A stretch of 64,000 bases of DNA from Trichormus sp. ATA11-4-KO1 (GCA_019358915.1 JAHHIM010000002.1:64001-128000), one strand, 5' to 3'; numbered from the stretch's first letter, positions 11,366 through 23,238 are shown. The notes: a model not told the origin generated them from the sequence alone. A program made the numbers and translations.

Positions 11366-11531
11366 TTACGGGGGAGTAGGAGAGTAGGGGAGCAGGGGAG
11401 CAGGGGAGAGTAATTATAAGTTCTTTCACCTCAGCCCCTCAGCCTCTTTTTCCCAATGCCCACTCCCCACTCCCCATTCATAACTCTGGCAAAGAGCGCT
11501 ATCATAGCCTTTGTCAGATGCGAGTTATGGT

Positions 11532-12944
11532 ATGCAAAGACAGCGATCGCTATTAGCCTTGATATTTGTTCTGCTCATCGCCGCAATAGCGGTGATTGTC
11601 ACAATTCCTGTACCCTTGGGGCTGGATTTACGGGGAGGCTCACAGCTTACAATTCAGGTGCAACCAGCACCAGGAATGAATAACATCACTGAACGAGATT
11701 TGGCAGGTGTTCAGAAGGTCGTTGAAGGACGAGTTAACGGCCTAGGCGTTTCGGAACCAGTGATCCAAACTGTGGGTACAGATAAAATTCTAGTACAGTT
11801 ACCAGGGGTCAACGATCCAGAACAAGCAGAACGGGTGCTGGGTGGGACAGCACAGTTAGAGTTCCGCCAACAAAAGCCTGGTACAGAAACTCAGTTGTTT
11901 GCTTTTCAAGCTTCACGAGCCGAACTGAGAGCAAAGCAGGAAGAATTGAGAAACAGCGACGACAAAGCATTAATTACGAAGAATCAAGAAGATTTACAAC
12001 AAAATAATCAAGCGATCGCTGAATTGTTTGCCAGCACTGACCCACCACTTGATGGCAAATACCTCCAGGATGCCTATGGTGAACCCACTCAAAGTCAAAA
12101 TTGGAATGTTGCTATTCGCTTTGATCAAAAGGGTGGGGAACTGTTTGCCAATCTGACAAAAAATCTTGCAGGTACTGGTCGCAGCATTGGCATTTTTTTA
12201 GATAATGAATTAATTAGCGCTCCCGTAGTGGGACCAGAATTTGCAGCAACTGGAATCACTGGTGGTGCTGCCGTGATTACGGGTCGGTTTACTCCCCAAG
12301 AAGCCAACGACTTAGGTGTGCAGTTGCGTGGCGGTGCGTTACCCGTACCAGTAGAAATTGTGGAAATCCGTACTCTTGGGGCAACCTTAGGTCAAGATAG
12401 CATTACTAGCAGTATCTATGCCGGCATCGGTGGTCTGGCCTTAGTATTAATATTTATGGTGGTGTACTATAGATTACCAGGGCTAATTGCGGATGTATCA
12501 TTGGTAATCTATGCCCTACTGACTTGGGCTAGCTTTGCTTTGTTGGGTGTCACCCTAACCTTGCCAGGAATTGCCGGTTTTATCCTCAGTATTGGGATGG
12601 CAGTGGATGCAAATGTGCTAATTTTTGAACGGACGCGGGAAGAGTTACAAGCAGGCAAATCCCTCTATCGTTCTGTAGAATCAGGCTTTTACCGGGCCTT
12701 TTCCAGTATTTTAGACGGCAACGTCACCACAGTTATTGCCTGTGCCGCACTATTCTGGCTAGGAGCCGGTTTGGTCAAAGGCTTTGCCCTAACTTTGGGT
12801 TTGGGCGTAGTCGTGAGTATGTTTACCGCTATTACCTGTAGTCGCAGTTTAATGTTTTTGGCAATTACAATTCCCACTTTCCGGAAACCACAACTTTTCT
12901 GTCCAAACCTGCCAACATCAAATAAGGCAGAGGTGGCTCGATGA
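11532..12944 (+). CDS. secD: Protein translocase subunit SecD
   Basis: [21 protein letters not shown]; start ATG 11532. Confidence 0.97.
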   Translation: MQRQRSLLALIFVLLIAAIAVIVTIPVPLGLDLRGGSQLTIQVQPAPGMNNITERDLAGVQKVVEGRVNGLGVSEPVIQTVGTDKILVQLPGVNDPEQAERVLGGTAQLEFRQQKPGTETQLFAFQASRAELRAKQEELRNSDDKALITKNQEDLQQNNQAIAELFASTDPPLDGKYLQDAYGEPTQSQNWNVAIRFDQKGGELFANLTKNLAGTGRSIGIFLDNELISAPVVGPEFAATGITGGAAVITGRFTPQEANDLGVQLRGGALPVPVEIVEIRTLGATLGQDSITSSIYAGIGGLALVLIFMVVYYRLPGLIADVSLVIYALLTWASFALLGVTLTLPGIAGFILSIGMAVDANVLIFERTREELQAGKSLYRSVESGFYRAFSSILDGNVTTVIACAALFWLGAGLVKGFALTLGLGVVVSMFTAITCSRSLMFLAITIPTFRKPQLFCPNLPTSNKAEVAR

Positions 12945-13936
12945 AACTGAGTATAAATAAATCGCGATCGCTGTGGTGGCTGATTTCTTGTGCCATCATC
13001 CTCCCTGGTATCATCTCAATGGCGATTTCTTGGCAAAACCCCAGCATCAAAGCACCCCTACGCCCCAGCTTGGATTTTGTCGGTGGTACACGATTGCAGT
13101 TTGAACTAGATTGTAGCCAACCAGGTAACTGCGATCAGCCAATTGATATCAATGTCGTTCGGGAAGTAGCTAAAGCTGAAGGATTAGGGGATAGCAGCAT
13201 TCAAATTGTTGCTGACAGAGAGACAGGTGCAGAAACTGGTATATTAATTCGCACAAAAAATCTGGCACGCGAACAACGTGTGAATTTACAAGCTGCCTTA
13301 AGTGAAAAAGTTGGTACTTTTGACGAACAAAAAAACCAAATTGACACGGTTGGCCCTACCCTAGGACGAGAGTTATTTACTTCTGGTGTTATTGCCCTGA
13401 TCGTTTCTTTCATCGGCATCATTGTTTACTTAAGCTTCCGCTTCCAGTTGGACTATGCCGTATTTGCCATCATCGCTATATTCCACGATGTGTTTGTCAC
13501 GGCAGGAATATTCTCTATTTTGGGTCTGTTACTGGGCATTGAAGTAGACAGTCTCTTCATTGTTGCCCTGTTGACGATTACAGGTTTTTCGGTCAACGAT
13601 ACCGTAGTAATTTATGATCGCATTCGGGAAACCATCAAAACCAACCCTAATCGCCCGATTGCGGAAATTGTGGATGATGCGGTCAACCAAACCTTGGGAC
13701 GGTCTATCAACACAACCTTGACTACCATGCTGCCATTGTTTGCTATCTATTTGCTTGGCGGCGAAACCCTGAAAAACTTTGCGTTAGCTTTAATTATTGG
13801 CTTCATTGCGGGAGCTTATTCCAGTATTTTCATCGCCAGTACTCTGTTAACTTGGTGGCGAGAACGTACAGGTCAATCAATGTTGGTAGAAAGTGCTGAA
13901 ACGATTGATACATCTGCTAGTTCCCAAGATAGTTAA
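12941..13936 (+). CDS. secF: Protein translocase subunit SecF
   Basis: [27 protein letters not shown] overlap with secD. Confidence 0.97.
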   Translation: MKLSINKSRSLWWLISCAIILPGIISMAISWQNPSIKAPLRPSLDFVGGTRLQFELDCSQPGNCDQPIDINVVREVAKAEGLGDSSIQIVADRETGAETGILIRTKNLAREQRVNLQAALSEKVGTFDEQKNQIDTVGPTLGRELFTSGVIALIVSFIGIIVYLSFRFQLDYAVFAIIAIFHDVFVTAGIFSILGLLLGIEVDSLFIVALLTITGFSVNDTVVIYDRIRETIKTNPNRPIAEIVDDAVNQTLGRSINTTLTTMLPLFAIYLLGGETLKNFALALIIGFIAGAYSSIFIASTLLTWWRERTGQSMLVESAETIDTSASSQDS

Positions 13937-14008
13937 GCTATCCTTGGATTTCATAAATTGAGTTCAAGCATTTTGCGAATTGCAGACGCCTGGTAATTTT
14001 ATTTCTCT

Positions 14009-14422
14009 ATGGATCAACCGGAAAAACCATCAATAACTGGCAACAATTCTCAACACACTGACCCATCTTTTAGGCAACAAGTACAAAAGCTACATCAATT
14101 AACCGTATACGGCAGGTGGTTATTTGTCGGCTGTTTATGGCTCACAATTGCACCTGTTTGTTTGTGGTATCTACGTGCAGAAATTGCTCTTTGGCGACAA
14201 TATTTTACCTGGGTAGCATTAAGATACGGACTATTTTATCATCCACTGTCTACCCTGGGTTTAGCTTTTTGTATTGGTATGACCGTTTCTACTTTAGTTT
14301 GGCAAAGCCGAAATATTCTTTTGGGATTACCAGAACAAGAAAAGCAACGTTTAGAAAAACAAGTTTTTCGGATTAGGCAACAAGGTCCAACTCATCCTCT
14401 GTGGAAGTGGATTTGTCATTAA
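14009..14422 (+). CDS. Conserved cyanobacterial membrane protein
   Basis: 137-aa ORF with two hydrophobic segments, ending GPTHPLWKW. Confidence 0.75.
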   Translation: MDQPEKPSITGNNSQHTDPSFRQQVQKLHQLTVYGRWLFVGCLWLTIAPVCLWYLRAEIALWRQYFTWVALRYGLFYHPLSTLGLAFCIGMTVSTLVWQSRNILLGLPEQEKQRLEKQVFRIRQQGPTHPLWKWICH

Positions 14423-14523
14423 ATAATGACAAATCCGGTTTTAAAAGTTGCATAAATATATACGTGTTTAACACTTTCTAGCACAATATGATTTGATGAC
14501 AGCAAAGATCCTGCCAAATAGGG

Positions 14524-15003
14524 GTGCAATACATGAACCATCCTCAGATTCGATTTAGCGATCGCCAGTCTGAAATAGACCTTTATCAACTCCAAGATTT
14601 ATTAAATGTTGCGGCTTTTTGGGCAAAAGGGCGTAGTATCGAAGACTTAGGCATAGCCATTGCCAACAGTGACCCAGTAATTACTATTTGTGATCAAGAA
14701 CGTCTGATTGGTTTTGCCAGAGCAACTTCTGATGGCATCTATCGCGCCACAATCTGGGATGTCGTGATTCACCCAGAGTATCGTGGTCTTGGTTTGGGAA
14801 GCAAGTTAGTGGAAACGGTGTTGAATCATCCCCGTGTCAAATGTGTTGAACGCGTGTACCTGATGACCACTCATCAGCAAGAGTTTTATGAGAAAATTGG
14901 TTTTCAACCTAATGCCAGTACCACAATGGTGCTACACAATCAATTCCATCTTGATACGCTTCCTATCAATGAAATCCTACTTCAGGAATCACTAGGGGCA
15001 TAG
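14524..15003 (+). CDS. GNAT N-acetyltransferase
   Basis: [33 protein letters not shown]. Confidence 0.9.
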   Translation: MQYMNHPQIRFSDRQSEIDLYQLQDLLNVAAFWAKGRSIEDLGIAIANSDPVITICDQERLIGFARATSDGIYRATIWDVVIHPEYRGLGLGSKLVETVLNHPRVKCVERVYLMTTHQQEFYEKIGFQPNASTTMVLHNQFHLDTLPINEILLQESLGA

Positions 15004-15886
15004 ATACTTGTAACCTAGTAAATTGCTCAGTTGTTTCCTCAGTGATTGGAGATGAAACGATTTCCAGTTTACCTCCCATTACCTCTAGTAGCGTTTGATT
15101 GAGTAATAATTTCATTCCTGGTGAAAGAGTCGTGTGATCTTGATCAGCCTGAGCAAGTTTGGCTTCAGATTTGATCCAATCAATCGACTCACTCATAGTT
15201 AAAGCATGGGTAGGCACATCCAGGCAAATATGAAGAATCTCACTTGTAAGTGAAGAACTACTGGAAATACAGATGCTGCCTTCCTGCATCTGAGCAATGG
15301 TAGTATCTACTAAATTTATCAATATTTGACGTAGCCAACGATGATCTGTCAAAACATAAGTTTCTGGATCAGGAAGCAAAACACGTAAAGGAAAATTGCG
15401 ATTTGCTGCCAGCATATAAGTTAAATTATTAACTTCCTGTAAAATATCCGCGAGGCAATGGGGCTGAATATCTAATTTATTAGTACCATGTTCTGTTCTG
15501 GCAATGTTGAGTATTTCATCAATCAGATGTAATAGTTTCAATGCTCGTTCGTGAGCTTGGGCAATAAATTCTCGCTCTTCCTCTGGATTTTCACACAGAT
15601 CCGATAAAATTAACTGATGCAAGCCAATCAAACCATTGAGAGGCGATCGCAATTCATGGGTAGTCCGCGCCAAAAAACCCGCTTTAAACTGGCTCATTTC
15701 CTGTGCCATTTGGTAAGCCAGTTGCGTCTGCTTGATTTGTTGTCGGAGTTGTGATATCTGCTGTGAATCTGCTGATTTTACTAAAGATGAGTTAGAATCC
15801 GTGTTGGCAGACCCGGCAAATATCCCCCGAAAAACCATTCCTAGTATTAGTCCTACTCCTAAATATACCCAGTTGCTCCAATGCAT
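14966..15886 (-). CDS. hepN: Membrane-anchored histidine kinase, probable HepN ortholog
   Basis: N-terminal TM, H-box FLARTTHELRSPLNG; lies after prmC-tsaC like alr0117 (hepN) in PCC 7120 as recalled. Confidence 0.7.
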   Translation of the reverse strand: MHWSNWVYLGVGLILGMVFRGIFAGSANTDSNSSLVKSADSQQISQLRQQIKQTQLAYQMAQEMSQFKAGFLARTTHELRSPLNGLIGLHQLILSDLCENPEEEREFIAQAHERALKLLHLIDEILNIARTEHGTNKLDIQPHCLADILQEVNNLTYMLAANRNFPLRVLLPDPETYVLTDHRWLRQILINLVDTTIAQMQEGSICISSSSSLTSEILHICLDVPTHALTMSESIDWIKSEAKLAQADQDHTTLSPGMKLLLNQTLLEVMGGKLEIVSSPITEETTEQFTRLQVSMPLVIPEVGFH

Positions 15887-16051
15887 AATTTGGCAATTAT
15901 TAACTTGTTAATTAACCACAATGGTGGAAAATAAATTTCCAGATTTTCTATTTACTTAATTTGAGTTTGTGAAGTTGAATCAAGCAAACGGGAGTTTTTG
16001 AACCCAGGCAGGCAACATTATAACTATATCTATTTACTTAGTCGGTGCGGA

Positions 16052-16642
16052 CTAAATATTTAATTTCACTGCACCTTGACGCAAAATTTGCCAACTCGTT
16101 CCCGTCCATTTGCTAACGGTGGAAGGTATACCAATACCTAATATTTTGTTGTTAAATTCTGTTGGTTTTAGAGTCAGAACTTCAGGGAACTGAGCCGCAA
16201 TTTCTTCTAACCTTTGTAAGGGCGGCTGACCTGAGAAATTGGCACTGGTAGTGGCAAGCGGGCCTGTTTGCGTCAAAATAGTTTGGGCGATCGCACTTTT
16301 AGGCACTCGGATGCCAATGGTTGTCGGATCAGAAGGATTAATCTGTTTTGGCAAGCAATCGCTGGCGGGTAAAACCAATGTCAGCGCTCCCGGCCAATAT
16401 CTGCTTCCTACTTCCTGCCAAATTTGATACTCATTTTCACTACCTTTAACATAAGGCCACAAATCCTCTGCACTAGCTGCCATCAAAATCAAAGGTTTAT
16501 CCTGACTGCGCTGTTTAGCCTCAAAAATCAATCCTGCCTTTTCTGGTAGGGCAGCCAGTGCAGGGACAGTATCTGTAGGAAAGCTTACTAATAAACCAGC
16601 GCGCGCGCCAGCTATCAGGTCAACTAGAGAAACTAAGGTCAT
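16052..16642 (-). CDS. tsaC: L-threonylcarbamoyladenylate synthase (YrdC/Sua5 family)
   Basis: FPTDTV, KQRSQDKPL, WPGALTLV, TSANFSG. Confidence 0.93.
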   Translation of the reverse strand: MTLVSLVDLIAGARAGLLVSFPTDTVPALAALPEKAGLIFEAKQRSQDKPLILMAASAEDLWPYVKGSENEYQIWQEVGSRYWPGALTLVLPASDCLPKQINPSDPTTIGIRVPKSAIAQTILTQTGPLATTSANFSGQPPLQRLEEIAAQFPEVLTLKPTEFNNKILGIGIPSTVSKWTGTSWQILRQGAVKLNI

Positions 16643-16705
16643 GTTTACACAGTGAAATGGAAGCAGGGGAAAATAGGAAAAAACTCTTTACTCAGCACTC
16701 AGCAC

Positions 16706-17623
16706 TCAGCACTTAACATAGGCTACAGCAAAGCGTTCAATCCCTGCTAAATCCGCATGAATTTGCATATTGTAGTAACTACCTTGCTGTTGTAAAAGTG
16801 CTTTGACTGCATCCGCCTGCCCTGCCATCATCTCAATTAGCCACACACCATCAGGGCGCAAATAACGAGGAGAGATTTCTATCAACTGGCGAATACAATC
16901 CAAGCCATCAGTACCACCATCTAAAGCTAGATGTGGTTCATGTTTAACTACTTCCGGTTGCAGGGTAGCCACGGTATTGGTGGGAATATAAGGTGGGTTA
17001 GAAACCATGCCACTGAACTGACCTTTCAAGGATGCTAGCGGCTCCCACCAGGAACCTTGATAAAATTGAATTTGGTTGTCCAGTCCCAAATTACGAGCAT
17101 TGATTTGAGCGATCGCTAAAGCTTCTGAACTATAATCAACTGCATGAATTGTGGCATTTGGCAAGGCTGCTGCTAATCCTAAAGCGATCGCTCCACTACC
17201 TGTTCCCAAGTCTACCCAATTGCCTGACTGTAAAGCTAGGGCTGCCTCACCTTCAGTAGCAGCAGCCACAGCTAAATCAATCAAATACTCAGTTTCTGGT
17301 CTGGGAATCAAAACAGCACTTGACACTGCGATTTTAAACTGTCGCCAAGGCGTAACTCCAGCAATGTACTGCACTGGTAAGCGTTCATCTAATCGCCTTT
17401 GCCACAACAGGTCTAAATCTTCTAAAGGCATCCCTATTTGAATCTGAGGCCAGTCTTTAAAAGATTCTAAACGCAGCGCCAAGCGGTCTAATCCAGTTAC
17501 TTCTAGCAACAACCAATCTACCTCAGTTGGTGATATGTCAGAGGTTTTGGCAGATGCGATCGCTTGATTGCGCCACTGCCAAAGCTGTAAACCGGAAACT
17601 GCCAAACGCTGTTTGTCTACCAT
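16706..17623 (-). CDS. prmC: Release factor glutamine methyltransferase
   Basis: LIPRPETE, DLGTGSGAIA, SNPPY. Confidence 0.96.
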   Translation of the reverse strand: MVDKQRLAVSGLQLWQWRNQAIASAKTSDISPTEVDWLLLEVTGLDRLALRLESFKDWPQIQIGMPLEDLDLLWQRRLDERLPVQYIAGVTPWRQFKIAVSSAVLIPRPETEYLIDLAVAAATEGEAALALQSGNWVDLGTGSGAIALGLAAALPNATIHAVDYSSEALAIAQINARNLGLDNQIQFYQGSWWEPLASLKGQFSGMVSNPPYIPTNTVATLQPEVVKHEPHLALDGGTDGLDCIRQLIEISPRYLRPDGVWLIEMMAGQADAVKALLQQQGSYYNMQIHADLAGIERFAVAYVKC

Positions 17624-17626
17624 TCC

Positions 17627-18439
17627 TTAACGTTGCTGAGGTCGGGCTGGTGGAGTTTTGGGTGCGTTATTTCCCTGTTGCGTGCTAATGTATTCAATAC
17701 TCTCTGATGGTGGCATTAAGACAACTTTGTCTAGCCAGGGATCATTTTTATCCCGCAAAGTTTTAATTATCCAATCTATATCTACGACCTCAATTTTAGC
17801 CTTGGGGTCTATTGGTTTCAACTGCTTCAATGCACTTTCTGCATCTCGCTGACTTAAATACATAGGAATAATTTCCTTCTTATCAAACTGCCGTTGTGCA
17901 GGATATAAAGTTCCTTTCTCTGATGACATGAGAAGAAAAACAGGCACACTCGGGAACTGTTGTACCTGTTGCCCGTTTTGGCGAAGTAATGCTAACGCCC
18001 CTTTAACATCCTGTTGTGCAGGTTGTAAGACAATCTGGGTTTGATCTGGTTTTTTAGATGTTTCTTTAATTGTCTGATAAACTAAACCCAAAGGAAGTGC
18101 TGTTACCCTTAGGCTTTTTACCATTTCCACTGTCTTTGGATCTTGACCCTTACTGTTCTGTATCTGCTGTTCCAAGAAGGACTTAGCTTCTTGTATATTC
18201 ATAAATACCATCTGTAAAAAAGCTGGTTTTTTTTCGTTTTGACCTTGAGGTGTGGTATTAAACACAGCTATTTGTGGTTGGTTGCCAACAGAAAATGAAA
18301 ATACAGGAACTTCATTCAATTTTTTTTCGATTTCTTGTTCTGACAAAGCCAGCACTGGGATATTCCCGACGAATAACGATCCCAACAAAGTACTCCCGAC
18401 CAGACCTAATGTTGCGCCCCAACGAACTAGTGCTTTCAT
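17627..18439 (-). CDS. tic22: Tic22-family periplasmic chaperone
   Basis: Signal peptide then ALSEQEIEKKLNEVPVF; FPSVPVF; IPMYLSQRDA. Confidence 0.85.
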   Translation of the reverse strand: MKALVRWGATLGLVGSTLLGSLFVGNIPVLALSEQEIEKKLNEVPVFSFSVGNQPQIAVFNTTPQGQNEKKPAFLQMVFMNIQEAKSFLEQQIQNSKGQDPKTVEMVKSLRVTALPLGLVYQTIKETSKKPDQTQIVLQPAQQDVKGALALLRQNGQQVQQFPSVPVFLLMSSEKGTLYPAQRQFDKKEIIPMYLSQRDAESALKQLKPIDPKAKIEVVDIDWIIKTLRDKNDPWLDKVVLMPPSESIEYISTQQGNNAPKTPPARPQQR

Positions 18440-19111
18440 AATTGCTCCTCGCATCAATAATTAAATTAAGTCAGACAAACGGTTGGATTAGCACCACACT
18501 AACTAGTTTTAGTTATATAGCAATCCATTTAAAATGTGAAAAATTTGTTTTTGCGGTTCAATACTAACAATACAATGCTCAAAAAGCGATATTTTCCCAC
18601 CCTTGGGAGTTTTTATAGTATCGTCAGCACCGATTGACTCTGTTCAACTAGTTTTTTTCTCGATTTCGCTTTGGCTTTGTTATTCACTGCATAATACTGT
18701 GAATGCTTATTATAGTCTGCTCTTGCAGTGGCGAAAAATTACCCTGATAGTTGAGCATGTCAAAATTATCTGGTTGATTGACTTTCTCAAATATAGATGA
18801 AGTCACTGCATAATGAATTGTTCCATTTAAGGCTGTTTCAAAATCTGCTCAAATCTATACAAAACTCTATTCCGGGAGATTGTACTGTTTGGCGTAAAAT
18901 TTGTCTATAAACTCTTAAAAAAGCAACTTAAGAGCAGAGCAGCCAAAGTAGACAATACCGGAAAAATATATAATTTTAGATGTAAATTTACTTAAAAAAT
19001 ACTCAGTTAGCACCTAGCCTAAAATCTGGAAAATTTGAATTTCTTGATTAAGATTATAAGAAAAACTCATAAAATTGGGATGCTTACCGAGTTCTAACTT
19101 ATAGTTCAAAA

Positions 19112-19185
19112 TCGGGATGACAGGATTTGAACCTGCGGCATCCTGCTCCCAAAGCAGGCGCGCTACCAAGCTGCGCTACATCCCG
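19112..19185 (-). tRNA. trnP: tRNA-Pro (UGG)
   Basis: Minus strand CGGGATGTAGCGCAGCTTGGTAGCGCGCCTGCTTTGGGAGCAGGATGCCGCAGGTTCAAATCCTGTCATCCCGA; cloverleaf, anticodon TGG, no encoded CCA. Confidence 0.97.
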
Positions 19186-19410
19186 GATAAATTAATTGCT
19201 GATTGGGTTTTAAGCCTAACAGCAAATAAAACACACACACTTTCAAGGTAATTAGTAAAATTGAGATTATTTTCTCAATCACTAAACTTACCATAATAGT
19301 ATTTCTTTTACTATACCACGTTTAACATCTTTTGACTAGTCAATTTCCATCTTCCTATTCAGGCAAACAACAGCTTTCTCATAGCAAGCTGCTGTATTTA
19401 TTTTGATAAT

Positions 19411-19947
19411 TTAGTGAGGATACCAAAACATTCCTTTAATGCCTTCTGGATCTGACATGAAACCCATACTCCGGTAAAAATCTACAACATGAGGGTCAGC
19501 AAAGAGAGTAACGTTGCTAATCTCTTCACTTCTGAGTTTTTTGAGTACGTATTTCATCAGTGCTTTGCCTAATCCTTTTCCTTGAAAATCTGGATGGACT
19601 ACCACATCCCAGATAGTCGCATTAAATGCATGATCTGAGGTAGCACGAGCGAAACCAATAAGCCGCTTTTGGTTTCCTCGCACTTGCCACATAGAAGCTA
19701 CGAGAAAACTATGCTCAATGGCTTTTTTCACTTTTCTTAAGGGACGGCGAGACCAGCCAACTGCATCACAAAGTTCTTCTAGTTCATACAGGTCAATATC
19801 TCGCTCCGTGCTAAAAACGATGCGAGCCTCATTCATGCTGTTGGAGCTAGAGTCGCCAGCAGCAGAAGCCGTATGCTCGTCAAAAGAGGTTGTTTTAGTT
19901 GTTGCTACAGACTCAGGAGTATTAAACCAAGTTTTCCAAAAACCCAT
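19411..19947 (-). CDS. GNAT acetyltransferase (Ycf52-like)
   Basis: [39 protein letters not shown]. Confidence 0.9.
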   Translation of the reverse strand: MGFWKTWFNTPESVATTKTTSFDEHTASAAGDSSSNSMNEARIVFSTERDIDLYELEELCDAVGWSRRPLRKVKKAIEHSFLVASMWQVRGNQKRLIGFARATSDHAFNATIWDVVVHPDFQGKGLGKALMKYVLKKLRSEEISNVTLFADPHVVDFYRSMGFMSDPEGIKGMFWYPH

Positions 19948-20398
19948 GCCAACGTGGTTCGGGTAGTATAACTGAATTGGTTTCCACTCTCTTTGAGTGT
20001 TGATTCACGTTGCACAAAGCATATACCATAAGCAATCCCTATCACTTCAATTTTTTTGTGTGTTTTTGGGATTTTTAACGGCGATAGCCTTTCATGGCGT
20101 GTTTCACACCAATCATTTTCAACTTTAGCATTTTGTTGTGAATTGTATATAAGGTATTGGGGATTAGGTTCGGGGATTGGACATTGGGGAATAATTGGTC
20201 ACAAGCCTCTACAAGCTTCTATCTTTAGAATGTATGGATAGGTCAAAGAAAAAATTATGGGGAGAGCATTCAGTGCTAAACACAAGGCGTGATAATCTCA
20301 AACCGCGAATTTATTTTTAGAGGAGTTTCTCAGTCCCCACCCCAGTCCCTATTCCCTAGTCCCCTGGTGTCGAAAGCAAGCGAGTCTTACCCCCAACG

Positions 20399-21118
20399 AT
20401 GGCTTCTGGTTTAAAATCTTCAACACTGGAACTCCTAAAGCGCTTTAATCGAGCCTTTCCCCAGTTTTATGAGCAATTTGTTAGCAGTGAGATTCAACTG
20501 CAAAATTTGCGGCTAGCCTACCGTCTTTATAAAACCAAACGCGCCGTTATAGAATTGAAGTCGGAAGGTAGCAAAAGTGCCCTGCATTTTGCCTACCGCA
20601 ACCAGTCATTTCTTCTCAGTGATATTTTTGGTGTGTTGGCGGCTTATGGGCTAACCATCCACGGTCTCAGCCTGTATGGTCAGATTAGGCCGCCGATGTT
20701 AGTTTTTATCAAACTGCTGGTATCTCGCGGCAGTAAAGCCTTAACTGAGAAAACGGCAGAAAATGTCTGCCGCGCCATTCGTGAAGCTCTAGGAGGGCGG
20801 TTTGAGGTAGAAGAAATGCTGGCAGTAGAATTTAACCTGGATACTGGCTTGGAACAAGTACAGACTGAGTTTTATGTCGATCCGGTATTTCATCTGCCTG
20901 CCCTGGTGATTGAAGCCGATAATCAACCAGGGTTATTTTACAAAGTAATGTATGCCATCTGGCAGGAAGACCTGTTAGTAGTCAATGCCAATTTGTTGGT
21001 TTGGCGCGGACGTACACGGTTGATTCTCTACTTGTTGGGGCCGAATGAAAGCCTCATTCCTGAATATCTGGGACACAAAATTGCTGAAGGGGTACGGTTA
21101 AGGTTGTTGAGTAGATGA
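20399..21118 (+). CDS. Hypothetical protein, predicted tandem ACT-like domains
   Basis: YRNQSFLLSDIFGVLAAYGLTI and IEADNQPGLFYKV resemble the two GlnD C-terminal ACT domains. Confidence 0.7.
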   Translation: MASGLKSSTLELLKRFNRAFPQFYEQFVSSEIQLQNLRLAYRLYKTKRAVIELKSEGSKSALHFAYRNQSFLLSDIFGVLAAYGLTIHGLSLYGQIRPPMLVFIKLLVSRGSKALTEKTAENVCRAIREALGGRFEVEEMLAVEFNLDTGLEQVQTEFYVDPVFHLPALVIEADNQPGLFYKVMYAIWQEDLLVVNANLLVWRGRTRLILYLLGPNESLIPEYLGHKIAEGVRLRLLSR

Positions 21119-21206
21119 AGACAAAAAATTTTTAATTTTTAATTTTTAATTGTTTGGCGCTACTCCGTATTTAGTCGCACCCACTCTTAGGGGTACGATA
21201 TTAAGT

Positions 21207-22124
21207 ATGGCAACCATTGAAATCTTGGGCGTTCCACACGCATACGAGCTAACGGCTCCCACCTCATGTACCCACGCTTTAGTGTTTATCCACGGTTGGC
21301 TCAATAGCCGTGGATATTGGCAACCTGTAATCTCCCGCTTATCAGTTGATTTGCAGTGCCTGTCTTATGATTTGCGAGGTTTTGGGGAGTCTCAGTCCCT
21401 GCCAGATGCCGATTACAGTCAGGCACAGACTTCTGTGAACTTGGCTACTAATACTGCTAACTCTATTGATGAGTTTAGTTTGTCCTTTGATTCTCTTTAT
21501 ACGCCAGCTGTTTATGCTCAGGATTTAGCAGCCCTTCTGCGACAGCTAAATATTAGTAGTGCTTGGCTGATTGGGCATTCTTTGGGGGGTACGATCGCTC
21601 TTTGGGCAGCTGCTCAGATGCCTGAGTGTGTCAAGGGAGTGATCTGTATCAATGCAGGCGGTGGGATTTATCTCAAAGAAGCCTTTGAACAGTTTCGTTC
21701 GGCGGGGCAAAGATTTTTGCAAGTCCGTCCGCGCTGGCTGTCTCAACTACCCTTGATTGATTTGCTATTTACCAGAGCGAGTGTGGCCCGTCCTTTGGAT
21801 CGATATTGGGCACGTCAGCGAGTGATTGATTTCGTTGTGGCTGACCCAGAAGCAGCACTGGGAACACTGCTAGACTCTACAACCGAGGAAGAAATCAACC
21901 GTTTACCCCAGTTAGTATCTCAACTGAAGCAGCCTGTTTATTTTTTGGCTGGTACCGACGACAAGGTTATGGAACCCAAGTATGTTCGCCATTTAGCCAG
22001 TTTCCATCGGCTTTTTCAATACAGTGGCGACAATGTAATTGAAATTCCTGATTGTGGTCACTTGGCAATGTTAGAGCAGCCAGATGTAGTTGCTAGTCAT
22101 ATTCGGTCAATAGTTAGCAATTAG
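21207..22124 (+). CDS. Alpha/beta hydrolase
   Basis: FIHGW, DLRGFG, GHSLGG nucleophile elbow, CGHLAMLE. Confidence 0.92.
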   Translation: MATIEILGVPHAYELTAPTSCTHALVFIHGWLNSRGYWQPVISRLSVDLQCLSYDLRGFGESQSLPDADYSQAQTSVNLATNTANSIDEFSLSFDSLYTPAVYAQDLAALLRQLNISSAWLIGHSLGGTIALWAAAQMPECVKGVICINAGGGIYLKEAFEQFRSAGQRFLQVRPRWLSQLPLIDLLFTRASVARPLDRYWARQRVIDFVVADPEAALGTLLDSTTEEEINRLPQLVSQLKQPVYFLAGTDDKVMEPKYVRHLASFHRLFQYSGDNVIEIPDCGHLAMLEQPDVVASHIRSIVSN

Positions 22125-22197
22125 GTAAGGAGCGAGAGCAGGGGAGCAGGGGATAAATAATAATTCCTGACTCAGCACTGGGAAAAGCACTCACCAC

Positions 22198-23238
22198 TTA
22201 GCTATACAACTTCATTACCTGTGTCAGAGGTAACCTAGACTCAACTCCTAAAGTCAGAGGGGATGTATGACCAAGGGATAGGTGATTAGAGGCGGCGCAG
22301 GCAATCATGGCGGCGTTATCGGTACAGTATTTTAGGGGTGGGAACAAAACACGCAAGTTACGCTCAGCAGCAGCAGCTTGCAGGATTTTTCTCAAGCTAC
22401 TGTTAGCAGCTACTCCTCCCCCAACGGCAATAGTGTTGAGATGATAATCGAGGGCACAAGCGATCGCTCTTTTGGTTAGCGATCGCGCTACAGTTTCCTG
22501 AAAGCTAGCGGCTAAATCAGCTACTGGCACTTGTCCATGCTCTTTCTCTAACTGCTGCACTAACCGCAGTACCGCCGTCTTTAACCCGCTAAAACTGCCA
22601 TCGTAGGGATGATATCCTCCACCCGGTAAAGAAACTTTGCCTTCTGGCAAGGTGAAGGCGTGGGGATTACCTGTTTGTGCTAGTTGATCAATCACAGGCC
22701 CGCCAGGGTAGCCCAGCTTTAACAATCGCGCCACCTTATCAAAGGCTTCACCTGCGGCATCATCACGAGTTTCCCCTAGAGTTTCGTAAATACCACAATC
22801 CTTTACGTAAATCAAGCTTGTATGTCCACCGGAAACGAGTAAGCTAAGAAATGGGGGATCTAAAGTTGGCTCACTCAAATAAGTCGCACAAATGTGGCCT
22901 TCTAGGTGATGAACACCCAAAAAAGGTTTGTTGTGTATGATTGCTAAAGTTTTAGCAGCAGTTAATCCTACCAATAGCGCTCCTACTAGACCTGGGGCGC
23001 AGGTGGCAGCGATACCATCAATTTGCTCCCAGTTGAATTGGGCTTGTGCCATTGCTTGAGCGATCGCCTCATTGATCGTTTCCAAATGCTGGCGAGATGC
23101 TACCTCTGGCACCACTCCACCATACTGGCGATGCACTGGAATTTGGGAAGACACAATACTGCTATAAACTTCACGATTGTTCACAATTGCGACGGCAGTT
23201 TCATCGCAGCTCGTTTCTATTGCTAAAACAGTTGCCAT
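22198..23238 (-). CDS. tsaD: tRNA N6-threonylcarbamoyltransferase TsaD
   Basis: [47 protein letters not shown]. Confidence 0.97.
   Translation of the reverse strand: MATVLAIETSCDETAVAIVNNREVYSSIVSSQIPVHRQYGGVVPEVASRQHLETINEAIAQAMAQAQFNWEQIDGIAATCAPGLVGALLVGLTAAKTLAIIHNKPFLGVHHLEGHICATYLSEPTLDPPFLSLLVSGGHTSLIYVKDCGIYETLGETRDDAAGEAFDKVARLLKLGYPGGPVIDQLAQTGNPHAFTLPEGKVSLPGGGYHPYDGSFSGLKTAVLRLVQQLEKEHGQVPVADLAASFQETVARSLTKRAIACALDYHLNTIAVGGGVAANSSLRKILQAAAAERNLRVLFPPLKYCTDNAAMIACAASNHLSLGHTSPLTLGVESRLPLTQVMKLYS

Noticed and set aside
18460..19185. Integrated element at tRNA-Pro
   Set aside because: No integrase, no duplicated tRNA 3' end seen; flanking genes are core and syntenic
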